From an uncultured Ohtaekwangia sp. (GTDB taxonomy: Bacteria > Bacteroidota > Bacteroidia > Cytophagales > Cyclobacteriaceae), in NCBI GenBank assembly GCA_964655635.1, contig CAZZNH010000011.1, forward strand, positions 39,645-103,644: a DNA stretch of 64,000 nucleotides, written 5' to 3'. A model generated the notes under the pieces. It ran no database searches. It was given only the letters and a program-made list of their open reading frames with translations, and was not told where the DNA came from. Positions within the stretch are counted from its first letter, which is position 1. Every line of letters begins with the position of its first letter. This document shows positions 29,472 through 38,537 of the stretch, one piece after another. The position numbers and the translations under genes are program-made.

Positions 29472-30587
29472 ATGCTCGCTTATATCATCTGGAATGTCAA
29501 TCCTGAAATTGTATCGATAGGCTCATTCTCGCTTCGTTGGTATGGACTGCTTTTTGCCCTTGGGTTTCTGCTTAGCCAGCAAATCCTATATTACATTTAC
29601 ACCAAAGAAGGCAAACCTAAAAGTGATATTGACACGCTGACCATTTACATGGTGATCGCGACCATCATCGGTGCGAGATTAGGGCACATCATTTTTTATC
29701 AACCGGAACTGTTTTGGGAGAACCCGCTTGGGGTATTCTTGCCATTTGAATTTTCACCTGAATTTAGATTTACAGGGCTGCAGGGATTGGCCAGTCACGG
29801 TGCCGCCATAGGAATTTTGTTCGCGTTGTGGCTTTACAGCAGGAAAAAGATTGTCGGTCAGAATTACCTGCAGGTGCTGGATCGGATCGTCATCGTGGTG
29901 GCCCTGACCGGATGCCTGATCCGCTTTGGAAACTTTTTTAATTCTGAGATAATCGGAAAACCCACTGAGTCTTCAATGGGTGTGGCTTTTCTCGGGCGGG
30001 TAGAAGATGCAATTATGAGATCGGACTATGGCGCGAATCCGATTGAGTCGGTGAGTATCGTAAGAAACCAGGATTTACCGGAAGGTGCCAACGGTCGAAA
30101 ACCAATACATATTTATCTGTTTTTCAAGGAAGGAACGCAAGAGGCAGAAGCAACCCAGTTTTGCAAATCGAATGTCAAGTATTACCTGACCAGGCTGGAT
30201 GAATATGTTGATGAGCCGTCAGGGCATGATCTCAGGCTAGAAATGTATCAGGAAAAATCCGGCACGTTGGTGGCAAAAATCAGCACATTTGCGATAGCCC
30301 GGCACGCGGCACAACTCTACGAATCCATTTCATGCCTGCTATTGTTCGCGTTCCTGTTTTGGATTTGGTCGCGGGAAAAAGAAAACATTGCAACCGGTAA
30401 AATTTTTGGACTGTTCATGATCATACTTTGGACCCTTCGTTTTGTCTACGAATTCCTAAAGGAAAATCAGGAGGCATTTGAGGATGACATGATTCTCAAC
30501 ATGGGGCAAATATTAAGCATACCGCTTGTGATTGTCGGCATTGGCGTTTTGATTTGGTCTGGTCGAAAAGCAGCAAGCAAAACATAA
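29472..30587 (+). CDS. lgt: Prolipoprotein diacylglyceryl transferase with an enlarged periplasmic insert
   Basis: 371 aa. Lgt motifs are SLRWYGLLFALGF, GARLGHIIFY, HGAAIG and ARHAAQLYES. About 100 aa lie between SEIIGKPT and ARHAAQLYES. Confidence 0.88.
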   Translation: MLAYIIWNVNPEIVSIGSFSLRWYGLLFALGFLLSQQILYYIYTKEGKPKSDIDTLTIYMVIATIIGARLGHIIFYQPELFWENPLGVFLPFEFSPEFRFTGLQGLASHGAAIGILFALWLYSRKKIVGQNYLQVLDRIVIVVALTGCLIRFGNFFNSEIIGKPTESSMGVAFLGRVEDAIMRSDYGANPIESVSIVRNQDLPEGANGRKPIHIYLFFKEGTQEAEATQFCKSNVKYYLTRLDEYVDEPSGHDLRLEMYQEKSGTLVAKISTFAIARHAAQLYESISCLLLFAFLFWIWSREKENIATGKIFGLFMIILWTLRFVYEFLKENQEAFEDDMILNMGQILSIPLVIVGIGVLIWSGRKAASKT

Positions 30588-30609
30588 CAAAAAATTTGAG
30601 CACCTGGGC

Positions 30610-32070
30610 ATGCGCGGGAGGTTGGCTATAATAATTGGAATATTGCTATTGATTGGCCCGTCCGGGTGGGCTCAAAATACGAATGGCAATAAGAATAAAA
30701 ACGACAAAGAGTTAGACCTTCTCGACACGGTTGAATCAAAACTTCTCGAGGTTAACAGAATTCTGATTGTTGGCAACAAGACTACGCTTGATCGCATCAT
30801 CCTTCGTGAGCTCAGCTTGAAGCCGGGAGATACTGTCAACAATAAGTTACTGCCCCAGATTCTTCAAAAGGATAAAAATAAAATCTATAACCTGCGGTTG
30901 TTTAACACGGTCGAGATTCGGGCAATTTCGCTTTCGCAAAATCAAATAGACTTACTCATTGAAGTTACGGAACGTTGGTACACCTTCCCCGTTCCGATCT
31001 TTGAACTTTCCGACAGAAATTTTAATGAATGGTGGCAGACCTACGATCACGATATCAAACGGGTAAACTATGGTTTGCGTCTCTATAAATACAACTTCAG
31101 GGGAAGAAACGAGACGTTAAGGCTAACGGCACAGTTCGGATTCTCAAAGCGATTTGACCTTGCCTACCAGATTCCCAACCTCGACCGGAATCAAAAGCAA
31201 GGCCTGTCGTTTCTCATCTCCTATGCCCAACCAAAAAATCTTTCCTATTTCACAGAAAATCATAAGCTGCTGTTCTTAAAGTCACAAACCGTACTTCGGA
31301 CCAGCACACTGTATGGAGTCAACTATTCGTACAGAAAGTCATTTTATGAGACGCACAACGTTGGACTTGAATACAGAAACTCAAGCATCGCAGATACCAT
31401 CGCTGTGCTGAATCCCAACTATTACGGAAATGGAGAAACCCGGCAGCAGTATGAGGCGATAACCTATTCTTTTAACTCCGATCATCGGGATGTCTTTGCC
31501 TATCCCCTTAAAGGCCACCAATCGAATATCTACTTGAAAAAAATTGGACTCGGCTTGAGCAGCGATGCAGATCAGTTTGAAGTCAACCTGACCCATGCTC
31601 GTTATTTCGACCTGAAGGGAGGGTACTATTTTTCTAATTTTACCTCCGTATATCTAAGCACACCGCAATCGCAGCCCTATGCGTTTTACAATGCCATTGG
31701 ATATCGTAAACAATTTCTACGGGGATATGAAATCTTCCTTATTGAGGGATCGCGGTTTGTGATGAACAAAGCCACGCTGAAAAAGAGGATCTTTACAAGA
31801 GGTTGGCACCTCGCCAATATGCCGGGTGAGCAGTTCAGTTATTTCCCCCTATCGATCTACATCAAGGGATATGCGGATTTAGGTTATGTCGAAAATTTTT
31901 CCCGGTACCAGGAATTATTAATTAATAACTCGTTATCAAATCGACTTTTGATTGGCGCGGGAGGTGGCATAGATGTCGTGACCTTCTACGACACCGTACT
32001 GCGCTTTGAATACAGCTTTACCCGCGAAGGCACCCACGGTTTTTTCTTTAATGTGAAGAAGGAGTTTTAG
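30610..32070 (+). CDS. BamA/TamA-family (surface antigen D15) outer membrane protein with one POTRA-like domain
   Basis: 486 aa with a signal peptide. The POTRA-like segment is ILIVGNKTTLDRIILRELSLKPGD. The rest is a beta-barrel rich in alternating aromatics and ends in a C-terminal Phe (KKEF). Confidence 0.8.
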   Translation: MRGRLAIIIGILLLIGPSGWAQNTNGNKNKNDKELDLLDTVESKLLEVNRILIVGNKTTLDRIILRELSLKPGDTVNNKLLPQILQKDKNKIYNLRLFNTVEIRAISLSQNQIDLLIEVTERWYTFPVPIFELSDRNFNEWWQTYDHDIKRVNYGLRLYKYNFRGRNETLRLTAQFGFSKRFDLAYQIPNLDRNQKQGLSFLISYAQPKNLSYFTENHKLLFLKSQTVLRTSTLYGVNYSYRKSFYETHNVGLEYRNSSIADTIAVLNPNYYGNGETRQQYEAITYSFNSDHRDVFAYPLKGHQSNIYLKKIGLGLSSDADQFEVNLTHARYFDLKGGYYFSNFTSVYLSTPQSQPYAFYNAIGYRKQFLRGYEIFLIEGSRFVMNKATLKKRIFTRGWHLANMPGEQFSYFPLSIYIKGYADLGYVENFSRYQELLINNSLSNRLLIGAGGGIDVVTFYDTVLRFEYSFTREGTHGFFFNVKKEF

Positions 32071-32690
32071 TTCTTATACCGTTTGTAAACTTTCTGTTTT
32101 CCGCCTGACCAGGAGTACCAGATTCCAACCGGCTCACCATTCCGGTAGTTTCCGGTGTACTCCAGCACGCCTTTATCCGAAAAAAATTCCCAGAACCCAT
32201 CCTCTACCCCTTTTGAATAACTGCCCCGTTGAATAAGGGTTCCGGAATCATTGTAAACCAGCGTCTCACCCTCAGGCTGGCCATTCTGATAATGAACAAC
32301 CCGTTCGAGCATTCCATTGTCAAAATAATGTAACCATTGGCCGGCATAGCTGCTGTTGACGAACACGCCTTTTTTATCGACAGTCCCATTGGTATGGTAG
32401 TAGATGGCCGAGTCGGTGAGCAATCCGTCCCGCCAGTGCTCAATTCCCTGGGGCTGGCCTGACGGGTAGAAATAGGTTGCCTTGCCATCAAGTTTCCCCT
32501 CCCTATAATTTTCAACAGAATTAGGGATTCCATTAGGATAAAAATACCTCCATTCTCCGGTTTTTAATCCATTTAGGGTTATTCCAATCGCTTTCTTATC
32601 CCCAGAATCATAAAACTCCTCCTGCAGTTCCTGTGTTTTGGCAGAATAGGAAATTCCAATTAAAAGACAAACCAAGCTAGGAATTTTCAT
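32067..32690 (-). CDS. MORN-repeat variant protein (YwqK-like)
   Basis: 207 aa with a signal peptide. It carries repeated G.W..YY.NG.....Y..G...G modules. Confidence 0.75.
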   Translation of the reverse strand: MKIPSLVCLLIGISYSAKTQELQEEFYDSGDKKAIGITLNGLKTGEWRYFYPNGIPNSVENYREGKLDGKATYFYPSGQPQGIEHWRDGLLTDSAIYYHTNGTVDKKGVFVNSSYAGQWLHYFDNGMLERVVHYQNGQPEGETLVYNDSGTLIQRGSYSKGVEDGFWEFFSDKGVLEYTGNYRNGEPVGIWYSWSGGKQKVYKRYKN

Positions 32691-32723
32691 TTCCTTTTTT
32701 TTAACTTTTCTAAATTAATTTCG

Positions 32724-33545
32724 ATGACCTGCAGGATCTTTTTGGTTCTGACGCTGGCAGTGATCCCTAAAGTTACAAAACCTCAAAGTGTTTCGACACT
32801 CATGGGAGCACGAAGTGTATCCCTGGGCAACGCCTCCACGACACTCAATGATGAATGGTCGTTGTTTAATAACCCGGGCGGGATGTCAGATATTCAATCG
32901 ACAACTGCGAATTTTGCTTACTCCATAAACCCTGCCTTGCCGGGTGCCGACAGGCTGGCAGCAGGCATCACGGCACCGCTAAAACTGGGCGTGCTGGGCT
33001 CGGGCGTATTTCGATTTGGTGATGAACTTTACAGCGAACAATTGCTCAGCCTGGGATACGCCAATAAACTGGGACTGGCGTCTCTGGGAATGAAAATCAA
33101 TTATGTCCAGTACCGCGCAGAAGGCTTCGGAACTAATTCTGCGTTTAGCCTAAACTTTGGTGGCATTGCTGAACTCAGTCCTGTTTTTATGATTGGCGCC
33201 TATATCACCAACATTAACCAGCCCAAAATTTCAGACGATGAAAATCTGCCTGCCAAACTGGCTACGGGAATTCAGTTTAAACCGGATAATAATCTCTTGC
33301 TGCTTCTTGAACTGGAAAAAGATTTGAACTACGATCCTACCATCAAGGGAGGCGTTGAGTATGCACTTTACAAAAAAATAGATTTCAGGGTAGGGTTCAA
33401 CCTCAATCCGAACTCAGTTCATGGCGGGATCGGCTACCAAACAAGCCGGCTTGTCCTTGGATACGGTGTCCAATACAGCGCTGCAACCCAATTCCAATTT
33501 CAGTTTTCAACCGGGTACAAATTCAAAAGACACATTGAGGAATGA
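32724..33545 (+). CDS. Outer membrane beta-barrel protein, PorV/PorQ-like N-terminal motif
   Basis: 273 aa with a signal peptide. GARSVSLGNASTTLNDEWSLFNNPGGM resembles the PorV/PorQ/FadL-like family motif. The remainder has an alternating beta-strand pattern. The stop overlaps the next start as ATGA at 33542-33545. Confidence 0.55.
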   Translation: MTCRIFLVLTLAVIPKVTKPQSVSTLMGARSVSLGNASTTLNDEWSLFNNPGGMSDIQSTTANFAYSINPALPGADRLAAGITAPLKLGVLGSGVFRFGDELYSEQLLSLGYANKLGLASLGMKINYVQYRAEGFGTNSAFSLNFGGIAELSPVFMIGAYITNINQPKISDDENLPAKLATGIQFKPDNNLLLLLELEKDLNYDPTIKGGVEYALYKKIDFRVGFNLNPNSVHGGIGYQTSRLVLGYGVQYSAATQFQFQFSTGYKFKRHIEE

Positions 33546-35587
33546 GGACCACCTTGGCCTTGGGGTTTGCTTTTCTTCTTTCAACGATCGCTGAAGGCCA
33601 GGATTCACCCCGCCAGGAATACGACCTCGAAAAACTAGCGGAAGAAATCTTCCCGCTGCAGGACCTTGATATCGACTATAGTCAGCTGTATGAAAACCTC
33701 GCACAAATACTATCGAACCCGCTTGATCTCAATTCAGCCAGCCATGAACAATTCCGGTCATTGTATATCTTGAGTGAATTGCAGATCACCAACCTGATTC
33801 GTTATCGCGATGAGGAAGGCCCTTTGGGCTCTGTTTATGAGCTGCAAACCATACCGGAATTTGATCAATTTACTTTCAACCGGCTTCTGCCCTTCATAAT
33901 TGTAGCGTCTCATGAAGAAAATATCGGGTCGGTTGCCAGGCGAATCCTGACGGAACAAAATAACTACCTTCTCATTAGGTACAACCGAACTCTTGAACAG
34001 CGGAAAGGATATCTGCATGACTCAATTTCACTTCCAAACTATAGCGGGTCACCCGACAGAATCTACACCCGTTTCAGGGTCGCAAGGGCCTCAGATTTTA
34101 GTCTTGGATTTACATTGGAGAAGGACGCGGGGGAGCCGCTTCGCTGGGCTCCGCGCGATAATTGGTATGCCGCTGATTATAATTCATTCCATCTTCAACT
34201 TCTTAATAAAGGAATAGTAAAAAATTTAATTGCAGGGGACTACCAGGCGCAATTTGGCCAGGGCTTGGTTTTAGGTAGTGGTTTTGGAATGGGAAAGGGT
34301 TCGGAGCCGGTTACCACGATAAGAAGAAGCAACGTTGGCTTCCTTCCTTACACCTCATTGAACGAATCTGGCTACTTTCAGGGAATTGCACTCACGCTCC
34401 ATCCGCTCAAAAAATTCGAGCTCCACGTCTTCCTATCAAAAACACTTGCGGACGCCTCCTACTCTGACAGCACTAGCCTGTCGTTGTCTTCTATTTTATC
34501 CAGCGGTCTTCACCGAACCAACAACGAACTGGAGCAAAGAAAAAATGTGACAGAGGGAAACTACGGAGCGGTAGCCAGCTATAAAACGCAGGGGCTGGAG
34601 GTCGGATCAATATTTCATTTCACGGCATATGGCTTCCCCATCGTCAGAAACCAGACACCCTACAACCAATTCTATTTCCAAGGCAATTCTAATTCAAATG
34701 TGAGCGCATATTTGAACTATAGCTGGAACAACACGACCTTTTTTGGTGAGATAGCCAAAACCATAAACCACGGCACAGCCTATGTCATGGGTACGTTATC
34801 AAGCCTGACGCCTCAATTCGATTTGGCCCTAACGTATCGCAACTACAGCAAAGATTTTCATACTTTTTACGGAAATGCACTGTCAGAAAATAGCACCGTG
34901 CAAAATGAGACTGGGTATTACCTTGGATGGAAATACAGGTTTAATAAACAGCACGCTTTGGCCGGCTACACAGATCTATTTCAGTTTCCGTGGCTGAGGT
35001 ACCGTAGCTATGCGCCATCAGCCGGCCATGAGTGGCTATTCCGATACACTTATCAACCCAACAAACAAATTGTCTTGTACCTGCAGGCAAGGGAGGAATC
35101 AAAAGCGAGGAACCGGCCAGAAAATAACAACTTGTATATCATAGAGAATGGTATAAAACGCAATTACCTGGCTAATCTGGACTACGAAATGAATCAAAAT
35201 CTCAGTTTTAAGTCCCGGATTCAGTACAGCTCCTATTCATTCCAAAATGCTAAAACTTCGGGCTTCGCGCTTATCCAGGATGTCACCTTTAAAATCAAAA
35301 AGCTTACTTTCACGGGTCGGTTTGCCCTGTTCGACACCGAGGACTACGACAATCGCCAGTATGTTTATGAGAAAGATGTCTGGCTCGCCTATTCATTTCC
35401 GTCATACAGCGGAATCGGGGTTAGGAATTATTTTATGGTTCACTATCCGCTGTCAAGAAAAATGGATTGCTGGCTAAGGTGGTCCCGGACAAATTATGCC
35501 GATAGAGAAACAATTGGGTCGGGAAACGAAACAATTGACGGCAATTCCATTAATGATGTTAAATTTCAGGTTAGAATAAAATTCTAA
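33542..35587 (+). CDS. Helix-hairpin-helix (ComEA-like) domain protein fused to a large predicted outer-membrane beta-barrel
   Basis: 681 aa with a signal peptide. The HhH region is LDLNSASHEQFRSL...ITNLIRYRDEEGPLGSVYELQTIPEF. A long Tyr/Phe/Asn-rich beta region follows and ends in a C-terminal Phe (VRIKF). Confidence 0.75.
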   Translation: MRTTLALGFAFLLSTIAEGQDSPRQEYDLEKLAEEIFPLQDLDIDYSQLYENLAQILSNPLDLNSASHEQFRSLYILSELQITNLIRYRDEEGPLGSVYELQTIPEFDQFTFNRLLPFIIVASHEENIGSVARRILTEQNNYLLIRYNRTLEQRKGYLHDSISLPNYSGSPDRIYTRFRVARASDFSLGFTLEKDAGEPLRWAPRDNWYAADYNSFHLQLLNKGIVKNLIAGDYQAQFGQGLVLGSGFGMGKGSEPVTTIRRSNVGFLPYTSLNESGYFQGIALTLHPLKKFELHVFLSKTLADASYSDSTSLSLSSILSSGLHRTNNELEQRKNVTEGNYGAVASYKTQGLEVGSIFHFTAYGFPIVRNQTPYNQFYFQGNSNSNVSAYLNYSWNNTTFFGEIAKTINHGTAYVMGTLSSLTPQFDLALTYRNYSKDFHTFYGNALSENSTVQNETGYYLGWKYRFNKQHALAGYTDLFQFPWLRYRSYAPSAGHEWLFRYTYQPNKQIVLYLQAREESKARNRPENNNLYIIENGIKRNYLANLDYEMNQNLSFKSRIQYSSYSFQNAKTSGFALIQDVTFKIKKLTFTGRFALFDTEDYDNRQYVYEKDVWLAYSFPSYSGIGVRNYFMVHYPLSRKMDCWLRWSRTNYADRETIGSGNETIDGNSINDVKFQVRIKF

Positions 35588-35588
35588 A

Positions 35589-35693
35589 ATGCACGCGGTA
35601 GATCTGGTCACCCCCGAGGTAATTGTAGTTATGGTCATTGGGCTCGTAGCCTTCGTCCTCATTTTTCGCTACATTTTTAAGAACAAAAGATAG
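35589..35693 (+). CDS. Candidate 34-aa single-TM micro-protein
   Basis: The ATG lies 1 nt after the upstream stop. The translation MHAVDLVTPEVIVVMVIGLVAFVLIFRYIFKNKR has a hydrophobic helix and a basic tail. It is below the ORF-track size cutoff, and no homology evidence is available. Confidence 0.3.
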   Translation: MHAVDLVTPEVIVVMVIGLVAFVLIFRYIFKNKR

Positions 35694-35823
35694 CTGCGTA
35701 CCGCCTTCCACAAACTAAACCCGGATAAAGTTTTTCTACCGAGGCATATGCCCCTTCACCTGAATGCGTATCAGTTTGTCGCAATCGAATAGTTAATTGC
35801 GGGTTGATTAACTATAAAAAATT

Positions 35824-36549
35824 ATGAGAAGGGCGATATGTTATTTTACAACCTTGTTGGTTTCGATCGGAACCCAGGCCCAGGTGACCAAAAAAACGTT
35901 GGACTTGCCTGAGTTCAAAAGTATTTATGTAAACTCCAATTACACTGTATTTTTGAAACAGACCAATAAGCAGGAAGTAAAGGTGGAGGCATTGGCCGAC
36001 ATCTATGCTGCCACCGAAATCAAGGTGGAAGGAGGAATACTGATGATTAATGTCGAACGCAAGCCTGAGAATCCTGACAAGAGTTTATGGGCAAAGATTG
36101 ACGATATCAAATTAAATCCAACCATGCACGTGTATGTGAGCATGAAGGACATCACCGCCCTGAAGGTGAATGGCCGGGGCAAGATCGTCTCTGAAAATTC
36201 CCTGGCATCGGACGATTTGGATCTGGTGCTTACAGGAAACGGGTCAATGGACATAGACGTTAAAGGCAAGCGCCTGACTACAGAAGTAAGTGGATCAGGG
36301 ACCATTGCACTGAAGGGTTACGCGGTATCCAACAATATTACACTAAGTGGCACTGGCAGCTTAGCCGCCTTCAATTGTGAACTCGAAAGCGCCTACGTCA
36401 AGATCGGTGGAAGTGGTGTCTGCGAGATCAAAGTAAACGATGATATGGAAGCCTACGTCATGGGCAACGGTGTTTTGAAACACAAAGGCAACACCAAAAA
36501 AGTAACCCGAAAAATATACGGCTCCGGCAGCATTGACAGGGCTTACTAG
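35824..36549 (+). CDS. DUF2807 / head GIN domain-containing protein (putative adhesin-like beta-helix)
   Basis: 241 aa with a signal peptide. It has repeated GSG..... modules (VSGSGTIALKGY, LSGTGSLAAF, IGGSGVCEI, IYGSGSI). Confidence 0.75.
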   Translation: MRRAICYFTTLLVSIGTQAQVTKKTLDLPEFKSIYVNSNYTVFLKQTNKQEVKVEALADIYAATEIKVEGGILMINVERKPENPDKSLWAKIDDIKLNPTMHVYVSMKDITALKVNGRGKIVSENSLASDDLDLVLTGNGSMDIDVKGKRLTTEVSGSGTIALKGYAVSNNITLSGTGSLAAFNCELESAYVKIGGSGVCEIKVNDDMEAYVMGNGVLKHKGNTKKVTRKIYGSGSIDRAY

Positions 36550-36635
36550 TTACTGGATGCTGGCAGCTGGTATCTGGCAGCCAGACGGTTTGCAATAGGT
36601 TGCGATCCTCCTTATCTTCGAAAAAACCAGTCGCA

Positions 36636-37535
36636 ATGTTCAATTATAAGGTGGCGGTGGTGCAATCTGCGCCAATACTTTTTGATAAAGATAAGACCAT
36701 TGAAAAATTAGACAGGCAAATCGAGGAGGCGGCTTCGAATAAGGCCGAGCTGATTCTATTTCCTGAAGTAATCATCCCTGGCTACCCCCGGGGTTTGTCA
36801 TTCGGAACGGTCGTTGGAAGCAGAAGCAATGAGGGACGCGATCAATTTCTGAATTATTGGAAAAATGCCATCGAGGTGCCTGGACCGGAGACAGAGACCC
36901 TGGCAAAAATGGCCCGCAAAGCAAAGGCTTTTGTAGTTGTTGGTGTGACTGAAAAAGACAAACTCAGTGATACACTTTATTGTACACTCATTTATCTTTC
37001 CCCGGAGGGGCAGCTACTGGGCAAGCATCGTAAGATCAAACCAACCGCTGCCGAACGAATTCTTTGGGGTGAGGGGGATGGCAAAGACCTGACTGTTTAC
37101 GAAACCTCGCACGGCAAAATAGGTGGATTAATTTGCTGGGAAAATTATATGCCGCTGGCGCGCACTGCACTGTATGAGCAGGGAATAGAAATCTACCTCG
37201 CTCCCACCGCAGACTGCCGTGCCAGCTGGCAAGCCACGATGGAGCACATCGCCTGCGAGGGAAGATGTTATGTGTTGGGTTGCAATCAATACGTCACCAA
37301 AGATCAATACTCGCCTTCACTACAACCCGAAATCAAAGACCAGCCATCATTGATGTGCAGCGGGGGTGGTGTTATCGTGTCCCCTTTGGGTAAGGTGCTT
37401 GCAGGCCCCTTGTTCGACCGCGAAGGAATATTGTATGCCGATATTGATCATTCAGAAATTATTAAATCAAAAATGGACTTCGATGTGATTGGTCATTACG
37501 CAAGGCCCGATATTTTCGAATTCAGAGTCAGGTAA
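36636..37535 (+). CDS. Nitrilase (carbon-nitrogen hydrolase superfamily, branch 1-like)
   Basis: About 299 aa from the ATG at 36636. The Glu-Lys-Cys triad contexts are FPEVIIPGYP, HRKIKPT and LICWENYMP. Confidence 0.85.
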   Translation: MFNYKVAVVQSAPILFDKDKTIEKLDRQIEEAASNKAELILFPEVIIPGYPRGLSFGTVVGSRSNEGRDQFLNYWKNAIEVPGPETETLAKMARKAKAFVVVGVTEKDKLSDTLYCTLIYLSPEGQLLGKHRKIKPTAAERILWGEGDGKDLTVYETSHGKIGGLICWENYMPLARTALYEQGIEIYLAPTADCRASWQATMEHIACEGRCYVLGCNQYVTKDQYSPSLQPEIKDQPSLMCSGGGVIVSPLGKVLAGPLFDREGILYADIDHSEIIKSKMDFDVIGHYARPDIFEFRVR

Positions 37536-37536
37536 A

Positions 37537-38016
37537 ATGAACAACGCACAGCTGATTGAAAATTTTTACAAGGCCTTCCAGAATAAAGACTGGCAGGAGA
37601 TGCAAAAATGTTACCATGCGGAAGTTCAGTTCAGCGATCCTGTGTTCCCCCATCTGACAGGAAAAAAAGCCTGCGCGATGTGGCATATGCTGTTGGCTGC
37701 GTCCACTGACCTGAAAATTACGTTTTCAAACGTGGAATCATCAGAACAAACCGGGTCGTGCAGCTGGGAAGCAACGTACACGTTCTCAAAAACAAGCAGG
37801 AAAGTTCATAATAAAATTCAGGCGGCTTTTACATTCAGGGACGGACTAATCATCAGCCATCGTGATCGTTTTGATCTGTGGCGCTGGAGCAAAATGGCCC
37901 TGGGCACTCCTGGCCTGCTCCTTGGATGGTCGCCATTCCTCAAGAAAAAAATCAGGGCAATGGCCGCCTCCAATCTCGGTAACTTTATCGAAAAGAATCC
38001 GGGTTATAAGCAGTAA
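37537..38016 (+). CDS. NTF2-like / SnoaL-like family protein
   Basis: 159 aa from the ATG at 37537, 1 nt after the nitrilase stop. The N-terminus is LIENFYKAFQNKDWQEMQKCYH, with FSDPVF following. Confidence 0.65.
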   Translation: MNNAQLIENFYKAFQNKDWQEMQKCYHAEVQFSDPVFPHLTGKKACAMWHMLLAASTDLKITFSNVESSEQTGSCSWEATYTFSKTSRKVHNKIQAAFTFRDGLIISHRDRFDLWRWSKMALGTPGLLLGWSPFLKKKIRAMAASNLGNFIEKNPGYKQ

Positions 38017-38077
38017 AGTGCCAATTGGAAGTAGATTTGGGCGGTTTTGGGCAAAAGGGAAATAAGGAAAATTATTA

Positions 38078-38085
38078 TACCTTTG
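38078..38085 (+). promoter_or_regulatory. Candidate Bacteroidota -7 promoter element TAnnTTTG upstream of the RRM gene
   Basis: TACCTTTG is a perfect match to TAnnTTTG and lies ~104 nt upstream of the ATG at 38189. The only upstream TTTG (38046-38049) is further away than the usual -33 spacing. Confidence 0.35.
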
Positions 38086-38188
38086 TTAAGGCTTACTCAG
38101 GATAACCATATTAAGGTGGATCGACCAGTAACCTTCAGTGATTAATGAAGTAGGCTTTTATTAATTGTAACTTAATTTCTCTACACCA

Positions 38189-38482
38189 ATGAACATTTAC
38201 GTAGCCAACATCCCCTGGAAGGCATCAGAAGAAGAACTAAGGGCACTTTTCGCAGAGTACGGTGAAATTGATTCAGCCAAAATTATTACAGACAAGTTTA
38301 CACAAAGAAGCAGAGGCTTTGGCTTTGTGGAAATGAAAGATGATGAGGCTGCTCGCAAAGCAATAGCTGAATTGAATGGTCATGATTTTATGGGTAAAAA
38401 CCTCGTGGTGAATGAGGCTCGCCCCAAAGAAGATCGCGGTGGTGGAAACCGCGGTGGCGGTGGCGGATACAAGCGCGACTAA
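38189..38482 (+). CDS. RRM-type RNA-binding protein with Gly-rich tail
   Basis: 97 aa. It has RNP2 (IYVANI), RNP1 (RGFGFVEM) and the C-terminal GGGNRGGGGGYKRD. Confidence 0.93.
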   Translation: MNIYVANIPWKASEEELRALFAEYGEIDSAKIITDKFTQRSRGFGFVEMKDDEAARKAIAELNGHDFMGKNLVVNEARPKEDRGGGNRGGGGGYKRD

Positions 38483-38495
38483 TCTCTCCTAATAA

Positions 38496-38527
38496 AGAGC
38501 CAGAATATTTTCTGGCTCTTCTTTTCT
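38496..38527. terminator. Bidirectional rho-independent terminator between convergent genes
   Basis: A perfect 10-bp stem, AGAGCCAGAA (38496-38505) and TTCTGGCTCT (38510-38519), flanks the loop TATT. TCTTTTCT follows on the plus strand and T-rich sequence follows on the minus strand. Confidence 0.8.
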
Positions 38528-38537
38528 CTGTTCTCCC

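Noticed and set aside
32204-32533. 109-aa ORF overlapping the MORN-repeat gene on the same strand in another frame
   Set aside because: It lies entirely within a gene whose repeat structure is clear in the annotated frame. The alternative frame is Pro/Arg/Ser-rich noise.
36600-36635. Upstream extension of the nitrilase ORF. The same issue applies to the NTF2-like gene (37489), the DHDPS-like gene (46418), the DUF4382 gene (51204) and the small hypothetical (19416).
   Set aside because: In each case an internal ATG gives a native-looking N-terminus, either a signal peptide or a conserved first motif, and removes overlap with neighbours. The extensions have no recognisable features.
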